Source: Nitrospirota bacterium | GTDB taxonomy: Bacteria; Nitrospirota; UBA9217 | Direction: 5' to 3' | Length of the DNA stretch: 64,000 bases | NCBI GenBank assembly: GCA_963845065.1 | Contig: CAWJQQ010000001.1 | Span: 320,001 to 384,000, forward strand | Part shown: piece by piece, positions 44,301 through 51,472 of the stretch | How the letters are laid out: each line of letters opens with the position of its first letter | Position numbering within the stretch: the stretch's first letter is position 1 | The notes under the pieces: generated by a model | Told to the model about the DNA's origin: nothing | Seen by the model: only the letters and a program-made list of their open reading frames with translations | The model's database searches: none | Program-made: the position numbers and the translations under genes

Positions 44301-47300
44301 GGGTCTTCCCCCAGAGTCGGTCACCTACGAAGGTGTTGGCGAATCAGGGCCCGTGGCAAGCAACGCTACCTTCCAGGGAAAGGCAGAGAACCGTCGGATC
44401 GAGGTCGAGGTCTGGTATGACGAGACCCCCGGCAATCTTGTAGACAACGGGCCGGAACGAGTGGACCGCGTGAAGGTTTGCCGCGTCGAGACTTTGTGCA
44501 AGCTCCGCTACAAGGAAGGTCATTCCAGACGGGCGCGGATAAGGCACATCGTTCCACCGCTTCCTATGGACGACGATACGACGGCCCTGCCTGAAGGATT
44601 CGTCTCCAAAATACGCCAGGTGCTCGAAGGCCTGATGACGAAGGAACACGTCGTCGTCAAATTCATAGGCTATACCGACAATCAACCGCTTTCGGAGCGG
44701 AACGAACGGATTTACGGAAATCCTGTTTCATTATCCAAGGCCAAGGCACGGCGTACGGCGCTGGCTGTCAAGGACGCACTCAAGCTCCCGTTATCGGCGA
44801 TCGACGTCGACGGCAAGGGCGCGGATGGCCCCATCGCCTTGAACGACACCGAAAAAGGCAGAGCACTTAACCGGCGCATCGAGGTCGAATTCTGGTATGA
44901 CGACGAACTGCAGGTCCTGCCGGACGAGCTTCAGCTCTGCCCGGAACCGGCAGGAGCCGAGACCGTGGCCCGCGTCTATGACGGACCGTCCGGAGGAATA
45001 AAGCCCATCCTGTTCGACCATGGAGAACCGGTGATCACCCCGGAGGATTTAGAACGCATGCGTGCAAGCCTGGACGAGATCAAGGACAAGCAAAGGGCGC
45101 GTCTACGCTTCATCGGCTATACCAACGACGAGCGCCTCGATCGGCGCACCGCGATGGTGTACGGCGACGACATCGGTCTTTCCACCTCCCGCGCGCGGCG
45201 CGCCATGGACATTGTAGTGGACCGCCTTGGCCTAACCCGCGAGCAGGCCGAGTCCGAGGGCCATGGGTACGTGCAGTCGGACGATGTGGCCAGCACGGGC
45301 TTCGTGGAGTCCGACACGGCCAGGGTCGAGGTGCAGGTCGTTTACGACGAGATGATGATCAACGACAACACCGACGGTCTGGACATCACGAAGATCACCC
45401 GCGATGTCACCCCGAAGGACCCGCTTGCCTTGAACCTCATGCGCATAACCGTCGACGGCAAGCCCATAGACGACCCGGACAAGAGCATCGCCGACATCGA
45501 GCGCTGCACCGACGTGGCATTGAACAAGGCGAATGTACAGTTCAAGTTCGACGACCTCAACTTGAAGCCCCGCTTGAACGTGACGGCCTGGCCCAATGCC
45601 ATCCGTTACAAGACGGACCCGGACGCCGCATTCCCCGAGAACCTGATGCGGTTCCGCATGTACACGAACTATCAGGCTTTCATCGCGAGGTCGGAGGTCC
45701 GCATCTTCGACAGGGACGAGTCGGTCGCCGGCACACCCATTGCGGTCGTTCCCGTGGACAAGGGCGGGCGCGCTTCCTGGCAGCCGACATTCCCCGGATA
45801 CATGGCCCCCGGGCGCGAACTCAAGTATGTGCTCAGGGTCTACGACGCCAAAGGGCGCTTCGACGAGACCAAGCCGCTGCCCATATGGATCGTCGACCGG
45901 CTGTCACCGGATATGCGGGGACGTGACGCCGAGAAGGAGCTCCTGGTCGGTTACGGTGAGAGCCACCTCTCGATGGATAACATTCCGAAGAAGGGCGGTA
46001 CGATCACGGTCTATGGGAGCTCGGTCCCGGCCGAACACTCGGTATACGTCGCGGGCATCCCCGTGCCGATAGGGGACGGGGGAAAGTTCGTCTCCGAGGA
46101 GATACTGCCTTCCGGCACACATACCGTCGAGGTGGCGATACTCGACAAGGCCGGCAATGGCGACCTCTTCCTTCGCGACCTGGAGCTTAAAAAAAACGAC
46201 TGGTTCTCCGTCGGCATCGCCGACCTCACTGTTTCACACGATAATACAACCGGGCCCGGCTCGTATTTGTACGCCGACTCGACGCCGAATAACAGCGGGT
46301 TTAACTATACCGGACGGCTGGCCTACTATACAAAAGGAAAGTTCGGCGACGGCTGGCAGCTGACATCGAGTGCGGACACAGAGGAAGGGCCGTTAAAGGA
46401 CATATTCAATAATTTCAGCGGCACGACGCCCGACGCGCTGTTTCGGAGCATCGATCCCCAGTATTACTACCCGACCTTCGGAGACGACGGCAGCGTGGAG
46501 GAGGGAGCGCCTACCCTGGGCAAGTTCTATCTGAAGGTCGAGAAGGATGGGAGCTACGGCATGTGGGGCGACTTCAAGGTGGCCTACGACGACAACGATC
46601 TGGCCCGTGTCGACCGCGGGCTCTACGGCGTGAACTTGCATTACCAGACGCCTGACACCACGAGCTTCGGCGAGAAGCGTTTCCTCATGGACGGCTTCGC
46701 CGCTCAGCCCGGCACGGTCGCTACGCGCGAGGAGTTACTGGGCACCGGTGGCTCTCTCTACTACCTGCATCATCAGGGAATCTTGACCGGCTCCGAGAGC
46801 GTTTCTATCGAGGCCCACGACAAGGACTCCGGCATCGTGATTGCCAGCAAGAACCTGACGCCATCCCTCGATTACACCATCGATTACCTGCAGGGGCGCG
46901 TCTACCTTACGCAGCCCCTGTCTCCGACCGCGTCCGACAACATGCTGGTAAATTCCGGCACCGCAGCAGGCGACTTGATGTATCTGGTCGTCCACTACGA
47001 ATACGTCCCGAGCGCCGGGGACACGGACAGCATGAGCGTGGGCGGACGGGCCCATGTTTGGCTTAACGACTACGTGAAACTGGGCATCACCGTGGACAAG
47101 GACGGCGGTTCGGACAATCCGAACGAGCTTACTGCCGCCGACCTTACCGTAAGGAAGAGCGCACTTACCTGGGTTAAGGTTGAGACGTCAAGGAGCAGCG
47201 GGCCCGGCCTGACCACTCTTACCTCTAACGACGGCGGTATGACGGAAAGTCCCGCCTGCCAAAGCTTCATCACGTCCACAACCGGCGTCACCACGGGAAA

Positions 47301-48990
47301 TCCGGCCTGCTCCTACTTCGGCAGTCCAGTACCCGTTTCCGCGGGAGCCTACCGGATAGACACCAGCTTGGGTTTTGCTGACGTCTTTGCCGGCGCTTCC
47401 GGCCAGATGACGATGTACATGCAGAGCCTGGACGCCGGCTATTCGGCTCCCGGACTTGAGACGGCCACGGACACCAAGCAGTATGGGGGTACATTAAAGG
47501 CGCCGCTGACAAGCAAAGCCGATGTGACCGCCAAGGCCGATCAGACGACCCGCAATCAGGGCCTGAACACAAGCTCTGCCGAAGTCGACCTAAATTATCA
47601 TATGACCGATCATTGGACCTTGAGCCCCGGTGTGCGGCTCGACAACCGCGACGACAACTCGCCGGTCATTCCGCCGACCGAGACGGAAGGCGACCGCACG
47701 GACGCTGCACTGCGCGCGACGTACGATTCCAAGGAACGCTGGAGCGCGTACGGCTTCGGGCAGAGCACCGTTGACAGGAGCGGCGACCGCGAGAGCAACG
47801 CCCGCATCGGTTCGGGCGGCGAGTACCGAATTACCGACCGGGTAAAATTAAACGGCGAGGTATCGTCCGGCGACTTAGGCGGCGCCGGCAAGTTAGGCAT
47901 GGAATATCTCTACTCCGACCGCACCAACATGTACCTGAACTACGTGTACGACAACGAGACCCCCGACAATGGGATACGCGCAGGCAACGGAAGCATCGTT
48001 TCCGGGATTAAGACACGGTACTCGAACAGTGCCAGCGTCTATGCCGAGGAAAAGTACTCGTACGGCAATGTCCCGACGGGCCTCACCCATGGTGCTGGCG
48101 TCGACCTGGCGCCCTTCGACCACTGGAACCTGGGCATAAGCGTGGATTACGGGACCCTCAGGGACCCCATCACCTACGCCAGCCTCGTGCGTCAAGCCGC
48201 GGCCCTTCGCGTGGGCTACGGCAACAAGGGCCTCATCCTGGCCACCGCATTCGAGTACCGCGTTGACAAGACCGAGGTCATAAACATAAACCCGGATATG
48301 ACAACCAGCACGAGCATTGTTGACAGGAACAGCTGGCTTGTCAAGAACGATCTGAAGTACCAGATGAACGACTCTTCCCGGCTAATCGGCAAATTCAATC
48401 ATGCCGAGAGCCGGAGCGACGCCGCATTCTTTGGCGGCGATTACACTGAGGCAGTCATCGGCTACGGCTATCGTCCGGTTACGAACGACCGGCTGAACAC
48501 CTTGTTCAAATACACGTATTTCTACAACGTCCCGACCACATCACAGGTCGGCGACACGGTAACCTATACATCCTCCGCCTTGGTCACGAACACCGCCGCG
48601 GATTCCATCCAGAAGAGCCATATAGTATCACTGGATGCAACCTACGATCTAACACAAAAGTGGAGCATCGGCGGCAAGTACGCCTACCGCCTTGGATGGG
48701 TCAGCGAGACCCTGCAGGATCCGGTTTTCTATGAGAGCCGTGCCGTACTTTACGTTGTCCGCGCCGATTGGCATCTCGTACATCTCTGGGATTTCATGGT
48801 CGAGACGCGTCTCTTAGACCTGCCCGACGCGCAGGACCAGAAAAGCGGCGTGCTCACGGCCATCTACCGGCAGATGGGAGCCAACCTCAAGGCGGGTGTC
48901 GGCTACAACTTCAGCGATTTTTCGGACGACCTGACCCAGCTCGACTACAAACACCAGGGTTTCTTCATCAATATGGTCGGAGAGTTTTAG
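35341..48990 (+). CDS. Giant surface protein: signal peptide, 14 DUF11/isopeptide-type repeats, SdrD-B-like domains, 3 OmpA-C domains, C-terminal beta-barrel
   Basis: Repeated K..G..YT(I/L)..TD.(L)P..N motif; GHTDN/GYTDN/GYTND...LS..RA motifs, NRRIE in the first two; amphipathic beta C-terminus ending GEF; start codon uncertain. Confidence 0.88.
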   Translation: MSRMRANQIWKSGSFLIALIECGSRLGFPLLLLFALFLGAAHSAQATMARARCSSTEPSEAVQKKNPPSQTTATIGVPFTYTITAPLLGNLDSSGSFHCTNAADDATVTNVIVTDDLTTTGASLTYVTNAAYLVNSATGARTPINGGAPLKLGASSAWLASHSGVLSDSTKHLVFSYEYNPALASIPAGDNIEIDLTVVLDNSPANKAQTQFSNTANMWFGKTDKGTVMTDLQAEPGTTPPMTIVEPNLVVTKKSSVSNLSAGSKAPYTIDVQNIGGSDAWNTTITDNIPAGMCAYDLRPTITAEIYAADGVTPVSGPLVPGTDFSVTWNGGTSSSCQMSLAMLTPKAKVGPTQHLIINYQAMLDGGISSGTFTNVAGATRWFSADSSSACRREYDRTLTNGTPGILDFQDACTVTATSPSYYFLKSVEDLTTGAYPAASAFPGDKLRYTLQLQNFTATSLNSVKVTDDLGALNGFSAFVTGTLSLASTNLPTGTYTVCPTCGTNKAGTVTISGLTLGPNTQYQIQFDVILAGSLANGAVVRNQASLTGTDSGNKVWSGVSDDPNINGPAPLGQTGDITSVTMQVPGALSKTSPIPSTATIGQQYSYTITVPAAPASAALSDVRILDSLPSNVSFVGAAVVSGGTWNVINTGNATNIILQDSGTGIDIPAGGQAVIKVTVVVNNTLANVSGVSFTNSASYTYSKRKGCGATTTVTGGSGISLPMTVIEPHLTVTKTVSYFSPSAKPATSPAAAGDVLQYTITMINDGSSTAYNADVIDTLPPNVVLVVGSATAQMNGAPIVGFITNPAMLTGGVMDWGSRNGDGSLVIPVNGKLVLTFQAKVLSVDGTTIGNTAYTAWTSLSGNVSGERTGAGCPNITAPNNYCSGPATATVSSQDPTVLSKSVVSDSWASGLSTATDATLRIGDTVVYSLSLTFRSGTTQNVVVTDTLPSGLSYDSLVSIAPASGGNFTYTVSSQPSQGASGTLTWNLGNVSNVSGSNALNTTLTIQYRAKVMKNTLSQSPVKQILTNNAAMNYAINGVAATPKTSSAAINIFQPMLGVSKAASPAAGGTIVSAGELITYTVNISNTGASPAYDPVLTDTLPVGLRQNGVTTTSVSLKNTASNAVVATLPVPASPYFSYNSATGVASWNFDTGVANVYSVPPGDTLQVVYQVKADSVIGSGITLVNNALVQHYYSLDSVDVPANSVVADRQVYGPTSAATVQLTATSASNLSALSKQALVSTAALGQPFTYRITVPSTPASTAMYNVQVTDDISLTMTGVSLNYVGASARLASGAKSWTTLTNAGTSTNLVLADTVSGGLYVPAGDQLIVDVIVVLANDTTNNTIGKQFSNTANYKYNTVNGNNTTGVSGAPGSSSPVTIVGPNLTLTKTGPSTMSAGTPGTFTMNVQNAGSASAWNTTITDVLPNVTAPAKGGMCGQAPVNTTARIYQPDGVTPVSSPLINGTDFTASFTGLTGTPACTLTISMKSTAATAIAPTNRLIVTYQASLDQGTAGGLSLTNVAGATGYQSADPSAAGASGNVHTTTNTLTNGTPGILDFQDAFTVTTGSTTMSFTKTVFDVTTGQSGATARPGDTLKYTLTVQNAGGFAASGLSLTDELDKLNQAAMFVPGSLILTTVPAGANVSQTSATGGTKGTGLVNIGNLNIAAMGGANNTLVVAYTARLLPAINSGTKVLNQGQVGSATLPSLSSNDPSEGGGANPTQTTIVSAPVFRVLKTVQDMTSGTSIVSAGDTLIYTIKVNNIGTENAVGVTLRDLIPANTSYVANSTTLNGTAVADISSGVSALQNGMPIDTTANPTPGAMPADAAASAANTATVTFDVKISVSVVNGTIISNQGFVDGSGAGSGSVPEQPSSNPNSPVPNSPTSIVVGNQPLLYAQKTVKLSVDNNGNGLVDPGDVIRYTITLTNSAATPASGVVLTDAVPANTTYVSGSTTLNGSAVADAGAGVSLLASGMSVVSSSPTQTSSPSGSTVAANSITFDVRINAGVTTGTIICNQGTVTATGLKPFLTDSDGNSTNGYQPTCITVGNAEQLAVTKTYAVMGGGAPLPGSIVQYTVSATNIGTVPATSVVITDDLSPILAQSSYVSGSAAMNGSVNGVSFSSPVITANYGATYGALAPGGTAVLQFRVKLNSTAASGTAVTNTAQVAWNNPQQTTTSSVTLNFSSQPGIFSGRIWQDSNFNKAFDSGEQPFSGWAADVYKDGQLIGTAYTASDGTYQMSGLAPNVGTASTYEIRFRAPGAGTNTAMLGWADSPFTNGMQRISNIVLASGGSIANLNLPLTPNGVVYDSAARTPIAGAALVMLQASTKSPLPAGCFNDPGAQGQVTLPGGYYKFDLNFSDASTCPSGGDYLIQVTPPASGYVAALSKLIPPTTDAVTPTFFVPSCPGGPADAVPAIPGYCEAQASVLPPAASVHAGPVTAYYLHLTFDNARPGDSQIYNNHIAVDPVQNNAITITKTSSMVNVTLGQMVPYTITMTNTLGANLTNLEVIDSPPPGFKYVAGSGVVDGQKVEPTNSGTQLTWNISTLAANSQHIINLILVVGAGVSNGDYVNHAQVMNSVTGAVQAMNNAKGAVPAVSKAAVPAQAMAATGSAASGVAVATVHVAPDPTMDCTDIIGKVFDDSNANGYPDPGEQGLAGVRIISANGLIATTDKYGRYHITCAVVPDPDRGSNFILKLDDRTLPTGYRVTTDNPLVLRVTRGKAMKFNFGATLHRVVRLDIADGAFEPKTSVMREQWKPRMDMLIGELKKSPSILRISYLADVEDRSVVSARTDAVKKMVSSLWGQGPYRLTIETETYWRREGSLDNSSFDKSSAVVTAGTYTAAVPAESSSYGNGVSDAPSLGQAVERHAASDLPRTLWVEGGDSSVHAGHSEKDKSSNAQEKTVKTIKQQNLVPPLRFGTGDADIPDAYVQRLKDILSGMQGKNNVRLHLVGHTDNTPMFGEAKQKYVDNATLSRERARAAALYLQKALGLPPESVTYEGVGESGPVASNATFQGKAENRRIEVEVWYDETPGNLVDNGPERVDRVKVCRVETLCKLRYKEGHSRRARIRHIVPPLPMDDDTTALPEGFVSKIRQVLEGLMTKEHVVVKFIGYTDNQPLSERNERIYGNPVSLSKAKARRTALAVKDALKLPLSAIDVDGKGADGPIALNDTEKGRALNRRIEVEFWYDDELQVLPDELQLCPEPAGAETVARVYDGPSGGIKPILFDHGEPVITPEDLERMRASLDEIKDKQRARLRFIGYTNDERLDRRTAMVYGDDIGLSTSRARRAMDIVVDRLGLTREQAESEGHGYVQSDDVASTGFVESDTARVEVQVVYDEMMINDNTDGLDITKITRDVTPKDPLALNLMRITVDGKPIDDPDKSIADIERCTDVALNKANVQFKFDDLNLKPRLNVTAWPNAIRYKTDPDAAFPENLMRFRMYTNYQAFIARSEVRIFDRDESVAGTPIAVVPVDKGGRASWQPTFPGYMAPGRELKYVLRVYDAKGRFDETKPLPIWIVDRLSPDMRGRDAEKELLVGYGESHLSMDNIPKKGGTITVYGSSVPAEHSVYVAGIPVPIGDGGKFVSEEILPSGTHTVEVAILDKAGNGDLFLRDLELKKNDWFSVGIADLTVSHDNTTGPGSYLYADSTPNNSGFNYTGRLAYYTKGKFGDGWQLTSSADTEEGPLKDIFNNFSGTTPDALFRSIDPQYYYPTFGDDGSVEEGAPTLGKFYLKVEKDGSYGMWGDFKVAYDDNDLARVDRGLYGVNLHYQTPDTTSFGEKRFLMDGFAAQPGTVATREELLGTGGSLYYLHHQGILTGSESVSIEAHDKDSGIVIASKNLTPSLDYTIDYLQGRVYLTQPLSPTASDNMLVNSGTAAGDLMYLVVHYEYVPSAGDTDSMSVGGRAHVWLNDYVKLGITVDKDGGSDNPNELTAADLTVRKSALTWVKVETSRSSGPGLTTLTSNDGGMTESPACQSFITSTTGVTTGNPACSYFGSPVPVSAGAYRIDTSLGFADVFAGASGQMTMYMQSLDAGYSAPGLETATDTKQYGGTLKAPLTSKADVTAKADQTTRNQGLNTSSAEVDLNYHMTDHWTLSPGVRLDNRDDNSPVIPPTETEGDRTDAALRATYDSKERWSAYGFGQSTVDRSGDRESNARIGSGGEYRITDRVKLNGEVSSGDLGGAGKLGMEYLYSDRTNMYLNYVYDNETPDNGIRAGNGSIVSGIKTRYSNSASVYAEEKYSYGNVPTGLTHGAGVDLAPFDHWNLGISVDYGTLRDPITYASLVRQAAALRVGYGNKGLILATAFEYRVDKTEVININPDMTTSTSIVDRNSWLVKNDLKYQMNDSSRLIGKFNHAESRSDAAFFGGDYTEAVIGYGYRPVTNDRLNTLFKYTYFYNVPTTSQVGDTVTYTSSALVTNTAADSIQKSHIVSLDATYDLTQKWSIGGKYAYRLGWVSETLQDPVFYESRAVLYVVRADWHLVHLWDFMVETRLLDLPDAQDQKSGVLTAIYRQMGANLKAGVGYNFSDFSDDLTQLDYKHQGFFINMVGEF

Positions 48991-49062
48991 GGGCCCTGGG
49001 CAATGACCCGGGTCGTCATGAAGCGACCAGAATATGAATTTCCAGGATGGGAGGGTATCAAA

Positions 49063-49578
49063 ATGTTTTACCGGCTGACAGGCATCGTGTTAACGGTTTC
49101 AATGCTATCGTTCTTTTCCGCCGCTTATGGAGAGGATATTACCAAGGAAGAGTTAAAGGGTCAGGACGAGCAGGTCCAGGACATCAAAAGCGACGTCCTT
49201 TCGATCTCCGCAGAGCTCGAAAGGCTCGAGGAGAAGCTTTTGTATCCATCCAGCACAGAGGTCTCGGTATTCGTTTCCCTGGCAGCCGGCGAAACCTTCC
49301 GTCTCGATGCGGTGGATATCCAGATGGATGGAAACGCCGTCGCCCGGCATGTTTACAGCTTCAAGGAGCTCGAAGCCATGAGAAAGGGCGGGGTGCAGCG
49401 CATATATACCGGCAATATTCGCTCCGGCGACCATGACCTATTGGTCTCCGTCATCGGAAAAACCGGGGGAGGCTCTGACCTCCACAACGCCGAGCGGTTC
49501 AAGATCAGCAAGGATATCGCTCCCAGGATCGTCGAAATATCACTCTCCGACCAGGGCATTACCGAGAGTAGCAGGTAA
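49063..49578 (+). CDS. Periplasmic protein (signal peptide, coiled coil, beta domain) at the head of the Glt-like operon
   Basis: RBS ggaggg; AYG signal site; operon context. Confidence 0.75.
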   Translation: MFYRLTGIVLTVSMLSFFSAAYGEDITKEELKGQDEQVQDIKSDVLSISAELERLEEKLLYPSSTEVSVFVSLAAGETFRLDAVDIQMDGNAVARHVYSFKELEAMRKGGVQRIYTGNIRSGDHDLLVSVIGKTGGGSDLHNAERFKISKDIAPRIVEISLSDQGITESSR

Positions 49579-49582
49579 AACC

Positions 49583-51472
49583 ATGAAAAGGCTATTCGTC
49601 CCACTGATATTATTGATGTTCGCCGCGTCCACATCGCCGGCAGAAACGTCTGCACCGAAGGACCTTCAGGACCTTTATTTCGGAGAGGCCCTCTTTCACG
49701 CGTATCAGGGGGAGTGGTTCGATGCCGTCTCAAGGCTCGACACCGAGTTGGCCCTTCATTACGGGGTCGATGAGCCGGAGCGGGACACCCTTCATTACCA
49801 CGTTAACCAGGCGGAGTTCGATGTGGGCGACTTCGAGCTTTACTACCGGATGCACCGGAAGGCCGGGCGCGCCATCAAGGCGGTCATCGAGGGGAACGTC
49901 CCTCAGCCTGTCCGTAACGAAGCTATCTTCCGCCTCGCGCGCATCTATTTCCAAAAAGGACAGCCCAGGGATGCCCAGGAGGCAGTTGACCGCATCAAGG
50001 GCGCCGTTCCCGAGAAGATCCGGAATGACCTGGCTTTCCTCAAGGCAGAGATCCTCATGGCCAACGGCCGTTTTGACGAGTCAGCCCGCATCTTTAAGGA
50101 CATCCAGGACGCTCCGGGCCTTTCAGGCTTCAGCACCTACAATTTAGGAATTGCCCTTATCAGGGACGGGAAGGAGACCGAGGGCCGAAGCTCACTCGAT
50201 CGTGCCGGACAGATCAAGAGCGACGACAATGTCACGCTGGCGATCAAGGACAAATCCAACCTTGTCCTCGGTGAAAAGCTCCTCTCAGAAAAAAAATTCG
50301 CTGCTGCCAAGGATGTGCTGGACAGAGTGCGGCTCACCGGTCCTTTCTCCAACCGTGCGCTCCTCAGTTCCGGATGGGCCGACGCCTCCCTTGATCATTA
50401 TCAAAGCGCCCTGGTGCCCTGGACGATACTTTCCAGGCGCGCGGCCACCAATCCTTCTGTAGAGGAGGCCATGCTCGCGGTCCCTTATGCCTATATCAAG
50501 CTGGGCATTTACAGCAAGGCAGCTCTCCTATACAGCCAGGCCCTCGAGGCGTTCGGCATGGAGATCGAGAAACTTTCCGCATCGATAACGAGCATACATG
50601 AAGGTATATTCCTTAAAGCGCTCTTGCGGGAAGAGCTTCAGCAGGACCCTGACTGGGTCGTAAAGCTGCGCGAGCTTCCGGAGGCTCCCGAGACGTTCTA
50701 CCTCCTTGACCTCCTTGCTTCCCATGATTTTCAGGAATCGCTCAAGAATTACCTGGACATCGAGGAGCTCCGCGCGAAACTTTCGGTTTGGTCGCGGGAC
50801 CTCATGGCCTTTAAGGACATCACCCAGAAGCGCAGGGCTTATTACCAGCCGCTCCTCCCGGAGATCGACCGGGAATTCCGCCGGCTCGACACTCTTATGC
50901 GGCTTAGGCTTTCACAACGCGACAGTATAGAAAAAAGGCTTCATGCCATGCTGACGGCGCCTTGTCCCGAACAGCTAGAAACTGCCGATGAGCGCCTCAC
51001 GATTTTGCGGCTGAACCAGCTGGAACGGAAGCTTACCGCTGCCGTCCCGGACGCATCCAGCGACGCCAAGGCCCGGATCAAACGCCTGCGCGGCGTGCTT
51101 TACTGGAACATGTATACGGAGTACGACCGTCGTTTGACCGAAGCCTTCAGGCATCTCCATGACCTGAACAGCGAAATCGATCGGATGAGAATGGAATATT
51201 CTTCCTTTATCCGCACACGTCAGGCTGCCACGCAGAGCTACGAGGGGTACGACGACGTTATTCGCCGCTTGGGCGAAAGGATTGCTGTCGCTCGGAAGAA
51301 CGTGGATGAACTGATGTCCCGACAGGGGAAAATCCTCGAGACCATGGCCGTTACCGAACTCAGCAGGAGGCGCGACCGTCTCGAAAAATTCCAGGTAGAC
51401 GCGCGCTTTGCCATGGCGGACAGCTACGACCGCGCCGTGAAAGCCCAGGACAACAAGAGGGTAGAACAATAA
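49583..51472 (+). CDS. Secreted TPR plus coiled-coil protein (GltC-like)
   Basis: Signal peptide, TPR helices, coupled to the next gene. Confidence 0.75.
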   Translation: MKRLFVPLILLMFAASTSPAETSAPKDLQDLYFGEALFHAYQGEWFDAVSRLDTELALHYGVDEPERDTLHYHVNQAEFDVGDFELYYRMHRKAGRAIKAVIEGNVPQPVRNEAIFRLARIYFQKGQPRDAQEAVDRIKGAVPEKIRNDLAFLKAEILMANGRFDESARIFKDIQDAPGLSGFSTYNLGIALIRDGKETEGRSSLDRAGQIKSDDNVTLAIKDKSNLVLGEKLLSEKKFAAAKDVLDRVRLTGPFSNRALLSSGWADASLDHYQSALVPWTILSRRAATNPSVEEAMLAVPYAYIKLGIYSKAALLYSQALEAFGMEIEKLSASITSIHEGIFLKALLREELQQDPDWVVKLRELPEAPETFYLLDLLASHDFQESLKNYLDIEELRAKLSVWSRDLMAFKDITQKRRAYYQPLLPEIDREFRRLDTLMRLRLSQRDSIEKRLHAMLTAPCPEQLETADERLTILRLNQLERKLTAAVPDASSDAKARIKRLRGVLYWNMYTEYDRRLTEAFRHLHDLNSEIDRMRMEYSSFIRTRQAATQSYEGYDDVIRRLGERIAVARKNVDELMSRQGKILETMAVTELSRRRDRLEKFQVDARFAMADSYDRAVKAQDNKRVEQ

